The notes under the pieces are model-generated. The model saw nothing but the letters and a program-made list of their open reading frames with translations, was not told where the DNA came from and made no database searches. From contig MU058213.1 in NCBI GenBank assembly GCA_013265495.1, positions 1,798,001-1,862,000 of the forward strand: 64,000 nucleotides of DNA. Direction: 5' to 3'. Origin of the DNA: Vicugna vicugna. Lineage: Eukaryota. Of this stretch, positions 13,401 to 26,054 are shown piece after piece. The position numbers were made by a program, and so were the translations under genes. The stretch's first letter is position 1; each line of letters starts with the position of its first letter.

Positions 13401-14019
13401 TTTCTAAATCGGACTTACTGAGCTCTTCATGAACAAACCCTTTCAACAGGAAACCCCAGAGCTTACCCGGAGGCTGCTGGGGGTCAGGTGTGTGCCTATT
13501 GCAAAAGCTCTTCTCCATGTAAATAAGTCGAAATGAGGTTCTTGACAAAGAGCTGGGAAGGTGAAAGGGGAAGGTGGTCATTTCCCTAGACAGAGGCTCA
13601 TATCCTAACCCCCCGGGGTCCCTACTCTTGTGTGTTAGGATGAGTGACTCCAGCCCCACTCCATGTAGCCACTTGACCAGTGCTTCTGACTATCAAGAGC
13701 TTCCTGCTAGAGAATTATTCACCACCGCTATTTAACTACCGTTTTAAAAAGATAATGCTGTTACTTGGTGGAAGGAAGGGTGGGGAGAAGAAAACATCAT
13801 TCCCAATGAAAATAAAAAGAAGAGGCATTTACCTAAGAACTTTTCAGTTGTTCTTTAAGACTGGAATCATTCACAAAATTGTGTAACAAACACAGAAACA
13901 GGTTGTATCTACTCACTGCCCATTTCATCTTTGTGGTACTTACCAAGAGGGACATAGGTTTCTATTAAACTTTAAATTTTAATGAGGATTATTCGTTTGA
14001 AGGATCGCCCTCATTCTCC

Positions 14020-14600
14020 ACTCGCTCATTTGTTCATTCATTCAGTCAGTATTAATCACTGAGTGTCACCTACCTGCCAGGCTTGGTGGTAGGTACCAGG
14101 GAAATAACAAAGCCAGACTAGGCACCTCTATCTCTCCATGTAGATGATGAAAGAGACATTAATCAACTAATCAAAGAAATATAAAATTACTAAGCCCCTC
14201 AAGGAGAGGGACGTGGGACTATGCAAATGTATAATAGGGTTGTTTAGCCTAGTCAGGAGGTCAAGGAATACTTATCTGAGGAAGTGTCGTTGACCTTGGA
14301 TGTGAAGGAAGAGGAGTACTTGAGGAAGTGAACATGTTGCTGGATTGGAGAGAGTGAAGATGAATGGGAGGTAAGATAACACAGGAACAGATCTTAAGGT
14401 ACAGGGTCATATAGGTCCTCATTAAGGATAATGTGAAGGCTTGGACTTTATACTAACAGCAATGGAAAGCCAATTGAAGGGTTTTACACAGGAGAAATGA
14501 TATACATGATATGACATGTCATGACATATGACATGATGTGACAGGATGTGATAGAATATGATCAGGTTGGGTTTCTCTGGCTGCTGCACGTTGGTGGTGG
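14020..14600 (-). mobile_element. L2 LINE 3' region with internal degenerate pentamer (ATGAC-like) repeat at about 14498-14562
   Basis: cattcattcagtcag tail, ggtcaaggaatacttatctgaggaagtg, ttggactttatactaacagcaatggaaagcc. Confidence 0.75.
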
Positions 14601-16587
14601 TAAGAACAGACTACCAACAGACTCACAGAGACCAGAAAGCTGTTTAGTAGAGGTTATTTCATTCAGAAATCTTTACACGTTAATTAAATCAATCTGATCC
14701 TTATGAGGTAAGTCAAACCTGAATTTTGTCTGATACTCCATGGAATTCTTCTGAAATAATGGGGCCTGTTTACCTTTTCTCACTCCCCTCCTAATAGCTC
14801 CTTCCTTCCTTTTATTCAAAAGAGCATTTGTTTCTGCCATTCATAAGCCAAAATCACTTAGCCAATCTGTCTTGGAATCTTTATTTGTAAAAGGGCTAAT
14901 TATAGTTTCCAGGCTTTCCTCATGGAGCTGGTTATTATGAGTATAATCTGAAGCAATAGGTGAGAAAGAGCCTTGTACACTAGGATATGTGAGATCAATG
15001 TAGGCTGGCACGATTGTAATGCTCCTAGTTATGCATGATGTCTTCCTTCTCTGGGAATTAACTGACAGGACATGAGGGGCTGTTATAACATAAGTGAGTG
15101 TTGGTCTGAATATTTCGGCTGGAAAAAAAATTTTCAGGCACTTTAATTAGGATACTCATGAGGTTCCTAGCCAAGGCAATAATTAGTGCAGAAATAAAAG
15201 GGCAAGACAGAGGCAGAGCTGGAGAAGAGATTGGGGTGAATTTAATAGACTGCCAGTAAACTTTGTAGTCACAGCCTTAGGTCTCTGGATGTGATTAGGC
15301 TGTACTCCAGTCCATTTACCATGGTGAAAACGTACATGTAACAGGAACAGGCGGGACTCAGCCCCTCGGAATGCATCCACAACTATGAGGAGCTAGAAGG
15401 TCTCTATGAACTGGGGGATGATATCATTGCTCCTTGGGGGACACTAACAGGGAAGAGCCTTTAGTCTCCTGAGAACAAACAGAGCCCTGCTTATCCTCCA
15501 ACTTCTGTTTGTACAGACAGGTTCAGCATTTGATCAAACAAACCTAACATACCACGGAATGGCCCATGAAGGGATGGCAGTAGGAAGTAGAAGAGCCAGG
15601 AGAGAAAAGAAAATGAAAATATATTTAACTCACAAAGAGGCTTTCCATCCAAACTCTATGAGAGACCAAGCTGCTACAGGGATCAGAGCCTCTCAGATAT
15701 CTCTGTTGTCTGTCCTTTTGCCCTTTCCTCATCAAATTTTGACATAGTCTCTGATGACTTTGGGAGTAGAAAGAGCTGTACCTATATTCTGGGGAGTGGG
15801 CAGGCAGTCATGCACTTGTCTGTGCAGAAGAAGTGGGAGAAAAGAAGGAAGGTGTTAGAAGCATCTCCTTCATCTATGAGCATTGCCTCAAATTCTCCAA
15901 GCATCAGTCCTAATTTTACAACACCCTAGGTCTCTCCAATAAATGGTTGTTTCAAATGCATTGGAAAACTCCTTCCCAAATGAAGCAGAGTGAATCTGAT
16001 GTATGATAACCCTGTCTAGATATATGTATTCTCTCCTGGTAAGGTAGTACTCTCTGGGGAACTTTGTAAGGAGGTGCTCAAGGGATCCAAACCATCTTTA
16101 TAGAATGTTTCCATTTGAAAGTAGCGTGGGTTCTTAGGTTCTGAGACAATAGGACCCTGAGAAATCCACTTCCTTTCTCTCAAAGAGCCTTCAGGATTTT
16201 ATGTGTGTGATCGTGTGTGTGGCAAGGAAGGGGTTGCATATGTACTGTTGTAAGAAATGGAGTGTGTGGAAGGGAGTTGAGGGATCTTCTGGGAGTTTGG
16301 CAGTCTATTAAATTCAATAAACTTTCACAGATGTGGGTATAGTTTGAGATGGTCTTAAAGACAGGACATAGGCTGTTGGGAACTGGAAAGACATTACAAA
16401 TAGAAGAAGTAGCTGGAGGAAGAAAATGAAATATGAAATTGCAGGACTTAGACCAAAAAAAATATCCAATCAGATAGTATGGCTGTACATTTCTGAGTTG
16501 GTTATAGAGGAAAAATAAGACTAGAAAGCTTGAGTATGTCCAAATTATAGAGGGTTTTGAAATCCAGCCAGAAAAGGTGGGAGGATC

Positions 16588-16720
16588 ATTTAGTCAGTCA
16601 TTCCAGAAATAATTTGTTGAGTATGACTATGTGCCAGACACAGTTCCAGATTCTTGAGGTACATCAGGGAACAAAATAGATGAACATTCCTGCCCTTATG
16701 AGATTTACATTCTAGGGATA
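16588..16720 (-). mobile_element. L2 3' end
   Basis: atttgttgagtatgactatgtgccagacacagttccag...cctgcccttatgagatttacattctag. Confidence 0.75.
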
Positions 16721-16754
16721 ACAATCCTCTGTTGTCTGCCATTGACTCTTAATG

Positions 16755-16905
16755 TTCATGAACTAATTTAATCTTCACAACAACCCCATAAGGTTGGTAC
16801 TATTACTAGTCTGCTTTTACAGATAGGAAAATTGAGGCACAGGGAGGTTAAGCATATTACCCAAGGTCACACAGCTAATAAATGTCTGAGTCACTCTTAA
16901 TGACT
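16755..16905 (-). mobile_element. MIR SINE
   Basis: tttaatcttcacaacaacccc...ttttacagataggaaaattgaggcacagggaggttaag...cccaaggtcacacagctaataa. Confidence 0.85.
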
Positions 16906-16994
16906 GCATTACACTAGCTACAAGAGCTGAAGGAACAAAATTTCAATGTGGTATATTTGGTGGAGGGGCAGGGGGCAGAAAGGAGGCAGCAACT

Positions 16995-17828
16995 GCAAGA
17001 TTATACCATAATAAAATACCATAGACTGGCTGGCTTAAATAACAGATACTTATTTCTCACAGTTCAGGAGGCTGGAAGACTGAGATCAGGGTGCCAGTAT
17101 GGTCAGATTCTGTTGAAGGCTCTCTTTCTGGCTTGCAGACAGCCACCTGCTTGCTACATCCTCATATGCTCTTCATATGCATATGCATATGCATATGCAT
17201 GTGCAGGAAGAGGGAGATATCTCTCTCACTTTCTCTTCTTTTTTTAAAACTATTTTATTGTGTATGATTGACATTAAAAATAGCTGTGCATATGCATATG
17301 CATATATGTATGCCACTTGCTGATTTTGGAGATTAGTATGTACCTGTGAAACCGTCACCATGATCTATGCCATAAATATATTAATAACCTCCAAAAGTTT
17401 TCTTCTGTTATCATCATCATCATCATCATCATCTAAGAATACAACTAAAATAGTCAAACTCATAGAAACAGAGAGTGGAATGGTAGTTGCCAGGGGCTGG
17501 GAGGAGTGGGGAACAGGGAGGTATTCGTCAGAAGGTACAAGGGTTTAGTCATCAAGATGAGTAAGTCCTAGAGATCCCCTCTGCAGCGTAGTGCATATAG
17601 TTTACAATGTTGTGTTGTTTACTTAACAATTTGCTAAGAGAAAACCTTATGGTGAGTGTTTTCTTCCTCTTCTTATAAGGCAACCAGTCCTATTGGATTA
17701 GGACATCACCCTTATGATTTTATTTAACCTCAGTTACTCCTAAAAGCCTTATCTCCAAATATAGTCACATTGAGGGTTAGGACTTTGACATATGAATTGG
17801 GGGTGGGGGATAATTCAGTTCAACAGTA
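16995..17828 (-). mobile_element. MLT1A-type MaLR solo LTR interrupted by an L1 insertion
   Basis: aaaataccatagactggctggcttaaataacaga...ttctcacagttcaggaggctggaag; resumes cttataagg...atagtcacattgagggttaggac. Confidence 0.85.
17241..17662 (-). mobile_element. 5'-inverted L1 (L1MA/MB-type 3' UTR) insertion
   Basis: poly-T plus minus-strand 3' end 17241-17430, plus-strand upstream segment 17433-17662; TSD ctttctcttctt / cttcctcttctt. Confidence 0.8.
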
Positions 17829-19009
17829 GGTTTTTAAAATTCCCTAGTAATTGTTCATGCCTGCTACCTGTGTGTGTTTTTTCATTTAGTACAGTTTTTA
17901 GCCTTAGGAGGTGGGCAATTATTCTCTCCATTCTACTGGTTGTGGAAAATGAAGTTGCAAGAATTTAAAGACGTCATCTAACCACTCCTGCACTTGTTGG
18001 TGTCCCCTAACTTGAAAGCTCAGGTCCTCCCTCTGTGAACCATAGCACGCCGCCCGTCCGCTGCACCCCACCCCCCCTCCCCCGCCTCATCCTCAGTGGC
18101 TGACCAAGTCCTGAAGGCTCTGGGAGCCCTGGAGAAGGAGGTTTTAGCCTGCACAGGAGGCTCCTTCTGTGCCCTGAGGCCCCCCAGAGGGGGCCTGGTA
18201 GAGCTTCCTGGGTTCTGGGAAACAATTGTCTTCCCGGAGAACCCAGTCTAGAGAGGAGATATAGAGAAGCAGGTTTTGGGTGGGGAATTTATCTAACTCT
18301 GTTTAAGCAAGATTTTTGTTTTTTAAGTTTTGTTTTGTTTTAAGGAACTTTTAAGAGTGGAAAATGGTAGAGAATTTCCCAGAGTAGAATTATTTACTTA
18401 TTTTGGGAAACTAAACTGTGTAATCTACACAAGGAAATCTGAGCCTCCTTTGCTCATAGCTAGCTTTCATGGACTTGCTTTTTAAATACTTTTGTCCTGT
18501 CATTCATTTCTTCATGGTCTGCTGTGAGCCTGGCTCTGTGTAAGGGCTGAGGAAAATGTGTTTGAAACTGCTGTGACAAACTTCTGAAAAGTGTCATGAA
18601 AGAGGAATCTATGGCTAAAATTATGAGAATGCAGTGATCGAAGGGTTTATGAAGCACACTTTCATCTATCTTTCCATCCCACCTGTCTGGTCTTCTAGGT
18701 AGAGCCATGCAGGGTTGGGATGTCTAGAAACTGACTTTCCCCTCAGGTGACAAGAAGTAAGCATTAATGGCATTCTATCACTGGGATCTTGTGTACCAAC
18801 AGCTCTGTGGGAAAGGTAAATCAAAGTGGGAGTTAAATTCAACAGCTTATATTTGAACAAGTTAATGTGTTTTCTCTTAAACTCATAATAAGTAACATAG
18901 AAACATGGGTTTGATACGAAATGTCTATTACTAGTGAGCTAATATTTGTCTCCCAAAACTCTAATAGCTCATCTTGGCTTTCAAACACTCTCACATCCGA
19001 CATTTAATT

Positions 19010-19300
19010 GAGTAGTCTCTCTGCACTTGGAGAATTCACATATGTTAAATAATTTAATCTTCACACTGACCTACTAAGATGTGGTGATTTCCATATTACG
19101 AGTGAGGAAACTGAAGCTCAGAGAAAGGAATGATGCATGACAGTTTTATCTCCTGTCAGTTCACTAAGGTCCGTGCCTGCATGTGTTCGTCATGTCTCCA
19201 GGGCTCAGTGAAGCATCTGCTACGCAGTAGAGCTCAGTGTTGTTTGTGCCATCTCTGAAGAGTAACAGAGCCAGATCTCAAACTCAGATTTTTGGCTCTT
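19010..19300. mobile_element. MIR (minus) with an internal L2 3' end (plus, about 19140-19250)
   Basis: gagtgaggaaactgaagctcagagaaagg; tctccagggctcagtgaagcatctgctacgcagtagagctcag. Confidence 0.55.
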
Positions 19301-20167
19301 ATGGCAGCAAATGTCAGAATGACTTTTCACTTGTTAAGCTTAGAGAATTATTTCCCTCTATTGGGCAGTGATATTGAGGCTTTATAGAGGCTTTATACAC
19401 AGTATCCATTTGGATTTTTCTACTCTAGTAATGTAAGGAATATATGTTCACTGTGTAAGAATTAGGGAGTATAAATGAACAATAAGAACAACAAACGTAG
19501 ATCACTTGAAATTAGTCCACTCAGAAACACCTGCCTCTGTTCTGTAACATTCTTTGCTTTAATACAATAATGTATTCTCTTTCCTCAACATAAAGGAAGT
19601 CCTTCCCATCTGCCTTCCTGAGTTCTTCCTGATATCAGAGACAAGGCAGTTTCTCCCTTTATGATCACCTAACAGGATCTAATAGGACCATGCCTTGAAA
19701 GTATGGACCAGAAATACATCACTGGGGATGAAAGGCTCACATTTCAAACATTTTAATCCAATTGTCATCAGTTAAAAGCAAGTACCAAGGGCAGCCTGCA
19801 AAGGGCAATGGCTTTGTCCTCAGCTTCATGTTCAGTGGAAAGAACAAGTTTGTGTGATCTGCTACTGACCAGCAGTGTGCCCTTTCAGTTCCTCAGTTAA
19901 GTCATTGTAAAAGGGAAGGCAGTCACTCAGATGGTCACCAGGATTACGTCCAGTCCAAGAATACTATGTCTCAGTCTAGGAAGTTAAAAAGGCAATGTGT
20001 ATAAGGTGTGTGTAACTCCCCTGCCAGCCTCCTCCATGACAGGGAGAATGAGAGGGGTGTGGGCCAGGTGCTGTTAGGTCAGCACCCCCCACGCCCATTG
20101 CTGGTTGCCTTATGAACTCAATACCAGTTGCTTCCCAGCTGCTGATCACTGCTGGATAATAAGCAAT

Positions 20168-20655
20168 AGTACTGGTCAGGGATCTACAGAGAAACAGATA
20201 CAGATATGTGTGTGTGTGTGTGTGTGTGTGTATGCAGGAACATACAGTAAATAAATAAGTATATATTTATATAGAAATTGGCTTACATGATTATGGAGGG
20301 TGAGAAATCCCACCATCTGCTGTTTGCAAGCTGGAGAATCAAGAAAGCCAGTGATGCAATTTAGTCCAAGTCTTAAATCCTGAAAACTAGGAGACAGGAG
20401 AACATGGACAGATCAGCTCAAAAAGAGAGAAAGCAAATTCACCCTCCCTCCACCTTTTTGTTCTATTTTAGTGTTCAACAGATTGCATGATGCCCGCCCA
20501 CATTGGATAGGGCCACCTGCTTTACTCAGTTTGTGAATTCAAATGCTAACCTCTTCTGGAAGCACCCTCTCAGACACACCCAGAAATAATGCTTTACCAG
20601 CTGTGTGGGGCATCCCTTAGTTCAATCAAACTGACACATAAAATTTTACATCACA
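20168..20655 (-). mobile_element. MLT2 (ERVL) solo LTR
   Basis: ggtcagggatctacagagaaacag...gaaattggcttacatgattatggag...ctgacacataaaattttacatcaca; 5-bp TSD gcaat/gtaat. Confidence 0.85.
20207..20230. repeat. (TG)12 microsatellite
   Basis: direct read. Confidence 0.95.
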
Positions 20656-20660
20656 GTAAT

Positions 20661-20681
20661 TATATATATATATATATGTAT

Positions 20682-20728
<47 letters not shown>
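20661..20728. repeat. compound (TA)n(GATA)n microsatellite
   Basis: direct read; a shorter copy lies at about 20800-20827. Confidence 0.95.
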
Positions 20729-20729
<1 letters not shown>

Positions 20730-22289
20730 CACATATCTGTTTCACTATAGATACCTTAGTTCAATCAAACTGACACATAAAATTTCACATCACAGTAATT
20801 ATATATATATATATAGATAGATAGATAACACGTATCTGTTTCACTATAGATCCCTGACTAATACAATTTCACTTGACATAAGTGATAACTAAAATGTTGA
20901 TTTGATTAGTAAGAAATATTAAAGAAAAAGCTGCTCATTTGGGTAAGACACAATTAAGCTGTAAAAATAGTGTTTTGTTTTTCCCTCTCCTCCCACCTCC
21001 CCTGGCCCCGTAAAGTCATTGTAACATTGCTTATCTTGTCTGTGGCCCATGTCCCTCTTTTCTAATAGTAATGGATTGGATAGTTCTTGAGAGTAAGGGG
21101 ACTTCTTTGCTAAAGGTACTGCCATCACTCTTACTCCACAAGAGCTTTCATTTCTTATTCTTTTACTATTATTTTTAAGATCTATGCCTTGATTTTTATG
21201 AAAGAAATAGTGGATGAGTGGCAAGTGTAGAGGGAAGAGAAAAGGGTAACATGATAATATCTTCAATAGAAAAATGCATTGTGAGTGTCAGGAGCTGACA
21301 GGGGAAAAACACACAGACATTCATGGCAAAAGACTTGATGGAAGCTTAGGGGACTAATCCTGATGCTTACTTTATTTTCTTTTTAATGGGGTGTCAGTTC
21401 TGAAGAATAAACACTCTTCTCTGAATCCAGAGTTATAAGCACTTATTTGTCTAGATAAAGTACAGAAAAGAAATATTGTCTGCTGTGGCCCATAAGTCAT
21501 CTTCATGGCCTTTCAGGTAAACTACCAAGGATTTTTACTGTTCAACTCAGTGGAACACAAATTGGTAAACTGAGAGCTAACTGATCACGGCCAGTGAAGC
21601 AGTCCAGAGCTGACACCCCAAATTTCATCTTAATCTGAAATGGCAACATCGATTACCTGCAAAAGTGCCACGGTAGAGGATGGCCACAGAAAGGACAGCA
21701 TGTATCATTTGCTTCAAGGAAAGCAACAATTTAGGGAATTGGTCTAAATCATTTAAAGCCTTTTAGTTTTTCAGACTGTACCTACTATGAAAATTGAAGG
21801 CAGTGATCAAGGTGGCTTTAAGTTCCAGCCCAAACTGAAAATCTGAAGAATAGGGGTCAGAAACAAATATATATGTGGACATAATTTTGTATTTTTGAAC
21901 TATTTCATCAGCATCATCTGGAAAACAAAAATACACCCTGGTTAGACTTTTAGATGCTTCTGGACTCTAGCTGACCTAATTCATATCTTTATGAATTTTT
22001 TTTCTCTTTTTCAAGTGACCTTTATGTGCTAGACATTGTGTTCAAGGGTGAAGGCCACAGAGATGATGTAGATAGTCTCTTCCTATCTGGAACTCACAGG
22101 CCAGGGGAAAAATAGCATGCCTATGACTGACCAACAGACCAAGAGCCATGTTAGTGGTTTGATTACAATCACCATTTAATTGGCTCCCTGGGAAATGTGT
22201 CATTAATTCTGCTTAGAGAGATAGGAAAAACATTCTTGGACTCTGTGGCTCAGCCAAATCCGCTACCTTCTCAAACTTATCCTCATGTC

Positions 22290-22830
22290 CACAGGCCCCT
22301 GACAAAAGTAGAAATAGAGACCTATATAGCATAGTATGAGTATTTAAAAGTTATAAATCAGGTGAACAGACTGATAAATAAATTATTTTTTATTTTTGCA
22401 CATTGACAAATATAACTTAATCATCACCTGAAAGGCCAAGTTTTAATTTAGACTTCTGGGATTTCATGTGGTATCACAGTGTGTGCAGGCCCCAGCTCCT
22501 GGCTTCTGTCTTAAAGCCAGCCCATCTTCTGCTCCCATCTTGGCTACATCCTGCATTGTGAAGAGTCTCTATGTTCTCTTGGAACCTGGTAGATAGATCA
22601 GTCAGTCCTGAGGTGGTTGGAGTAGGGAGGAGCACAAACAGGCCCAGGGATGGGGCTTAGCGATGTTTGGACAGGAAATTCTGGAGGTCCAGAAGAGATA
22701 CACCACCTCCACCTTATGGTACATCCCTATGACCTCATATATCCCTTGTGGGATTGCACCACATGTCAGGGTGCAGGGAGTAAAGGACAAGAGCAGCATC
22801 CTCTGCTGTCTGGCCTAGGAAGCAGCCCTG
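22290..22830. mobile_element. Possible ancient hAT-Tip100-like element
   Basis: atttaaaagttataaatcagg...gaaaggccaagttttaatttaga, ends gcagccctg; resemblance only. Confidence 0.3.
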
Positions 22831-23049
22831 TTTGGACAAGTCTGAGAGTGGTACCCACTCTTCCCTTGTCATTCTTGCCCTAGCTAAAAGGTCTTGCCTG
22901 AGGACACTGCTCACCTGCAGCCCTCTCAGGGGATGCCTGTGTTCTATCTTGTACTTCTTGAAGATGGGAGAGGTCTCTTTCTTGCTTCTTATTGCCACTT
23001 CCAGACCATTTTCCCTCCCTCTGCCTTCTTCCAAGATTTATCCCTTGGA

Positions 23050-24391
23050 CTATGTCACCTGCTTCCCCTCCTTATGACAGGTATCTTTAAAATCTACAAG
23101 TCACTAAACCTCTTTCTGAAGGGATTTTAGCATCTGGATCACTGCTGCTCTCTCCAACATGATCTACGTGAAATGTTTGGTGATTTCAATTTCTGCCAAG
23201 GTGATCTTTCTCAGCTCCTTTTCATCCTGTCTTTCAATAATCTTGTCCTTTACCTTACTTAAGTCAGTTATTCCTGTGGATATATGCTAGACTTGTCATT
23301 TTCAATAACTGAACCCCTTACATAACGTGAAGTTCAAGCACGTCAAGTTCAAAGTTCCTCCTACTTTGCCTAGTAATTCTTTCCAATACTCTTTTTCCCT
23401 TGAATATTCAACCACATCAGGGCTTCCAATCCATGAAATCCATCACTTCTACTCTCTCCTTCACGCATCTCATTTCTGTCCTTACCCAACTTAAACTCCA
23501 TGGCCAATCTTTACCATGTCTCTTGCTTTCATCCCAGTCTGTCTTGTCCACCTCTCCCTTTATCCCACCCCTTTAGAAATCACTAGCTCTAGTTAAATCC
23601 AATCCTCCTCTTACTCTGTGGCTACATGCACAAAATGGGAAGTTTTGGGAAACACAAATTTAGACTTCCTGATTTCACTTTAAACTCAGTCTTTAAGTTT
23701 ATATAAGCCCTTAGTGCTGTCCAATAATCCTTCTGTGCTTTCCTGGTATATTACTTCTCTCCTGTGTGACTACTTCATGCCTTTTCCTCTCTCCTAAAGC
23801 TTCAAATCTTTCCTTTCTGCACATTCTGATGTTAACCTGGCTTCCTGTTTTACTGAGGAGGCAGAAGCAATCAGTGTAGAACTTCCACTTCACATCTATC
23901 TACCTGCTTGCATTTGAATCCATACTCCCCGTACTCCTGCCTGTTACTCTGTTTGAACTGTCCTTGTCCCTGGCTAAGTCAAAATCCTCCACTTGTGTAG
24001 GACACTCATCCCCTCCTGTCTATTCAAAGACTTCACTGCAATTATCCTCTTAGTCTTCTGTATCATCACAGTTTTCCAACCTACTCAATTAGATTATTCC
24101 CATCAGTATATAGATATGCTATTATTTCTCTCATCTTAAAAAAAAAAAAACCCAACACTTTCTTGGTCTTTTGACATATGTCTTTTCTACTTAATCCATA
24201 GTTTTCTCTGCTCTTCCTTTACTTGATGCTTTTGGTTCATCTTCTCCCACTGTTTCTTGAACCCACTCCATTCAAGCTTTTGCCCCAACGACTCATCTGA
24301 AAATGCTTTAGACAGAGTCTCTTATGACCTCCATATGGCTAAATCCAGTTATCAGTTTTCTATTGTATTAACTTGATCTATCAGTGGCTTT
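23050..24391 (+). mobile_element. L2 LINE (ORF2 region, decayed)
   Basis: pyrimidine-rich; cttcctgttttactgag, tcctccacttgtg, aacccactccattcaagcttttgcccc, tgacctccatatggctaaatccag. Confidence 0.8.
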
Positions 24392-24545
24392 TGTAGGCTA
24401 TCTACAAGGGTGGCCGCCAAGAATTCCTCCCAATGCAGAACACTTACGTTATGCCTCCCATCAGAAGGTGAATCCTATTTCCCTGGTGAGGACTTGTGAC
24501 TTACTTTGACCAACAGCATGCATTAGAAGTGATGCTGTGCCAAGT
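24392..24545 (+). mobile_element. MLT1 (F/G/H-like) LTR 5' fragment
   Basis: tgtaggct...gcctcccatcagaaggtg...gacttgtgacttactttgaccaacag...agaagtgatgctgtgcca; followed by (TC)n. Confidence 0.75.
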
Positions 24546-26054
24546 CTCTCTCTCTCTCTCTCTCTCATCTATAACTATATATATACCTATACCTTTATCT
24601 ATATCTGTCATATCAATATCCTTTAAAAAATTCCTAGTGCCTCATATGTAATACATTATAGTGTATGCTCAGTAAATAACTGCTAATAAATACACAGATG
24701 GTAGAATTTCAAGAGGACCCTGAAGAATGAATAGGAAGACAGGAGGAAAGAGAAGCATCAAAATTCATTAAACATTCTTGTTCGGGATGCCAAGGGATCC
24801 TTTGTATCTTAAATATCAGGATGGGAAGAAAGAAATGATGAAGATTGGGCCAGGTTATGAACAATCATGACACACTTTCTAAGTGGAGGAATCCTGTCAC
24901 TCCATTGTTATGGGATCTACGTTGATTCCACCATACTTTCTACCCCTTTTAGCCCTTATCTTTACTTTATGGCTTTCTTTCTGTGTTTTACTTTCCAACT
25001 CTCAATTTGTCAGCTAGGTGGGTGAAACTGCTCATTGGGCCATGAACACACTGTGTTCTTCTTAGACACTCTTTTGGTGCTGTCTTCCACTCATGATGCC
25101 CTTGCTACTCTTGTCCCCTATATAAATTCTATTTACTCTTAAAGATATTGCTTTGCCCTAAAGGATCCAAAAATCCTTTACCAATCACTTCAGCCCACAG
25201 ATTTTTCTCCATTCTCTCAACTCCTTTTAAAATGTTGGTTAATGCAACATGGTATGGCACTAGATTATTCTCTGTATATATCTTATATGTTTGGTCTTAA
25301 AATACAAGTATGTTAATAAGCTTATCAAGGGAGGACTCTACATTTTATGGTACATTTGGAATTTTTTGCAGTCTTAATGTAGGGGTGTGAGAGGCAGTGG
25401 TTGTGAACTGGTTAAGTAGGATGCACCCAGGTTGCCTGCTGTCAAAGGTGGGGACAAGAGGAAATCCTGGTAGTATCAGTGGTGCCCATGACTTATGTAC
25501 AAGGAAGTGGCTACTTTACTCTGAAACCTATTCTAAGTGTCCCTTCCCAAAAGAGCAGAGTATGCCCTCCTCCACTTCCCACCCTCAGCACTCCACAGGG
25601 CAACATGCATATAGATATGGAGGTCACAAAATGCAAAGATGGAAAATAAGATTGTAGCACTGGAGAAACAGAGAAATGAGGTTTCTGGCATGGACATTTT
25701 TCTGCCCTTCTGTTCTAATGTCATGAATTGTGTAGGAAGAAGCAGGGCTGTGGAATAGCTAAAAATCAATTTAAAATCTCAACTAGGCACAATTGCTGAA
25801 AAAGTCTGAGAATTCTCTGCAGTTTCCATGAAAAGCCAATGATAAGAGAAAGCTGTAAGTGAAGTACAGAATGACATGAAACAGAATCAAAGAACATAGA
25901 ACAAGCAGACGGTGTAAAACTTCCAATTTCTTACTGAGGCAAGTTGCAAAGTTAATACCACAACTATATTGTCCATAATAATACATCTACCTCCAATGGA
26001 GACCCCTTTCTTGCAAGCAGTTCATGTATTCCTTAAGTTTGAACAATGCTGGTG

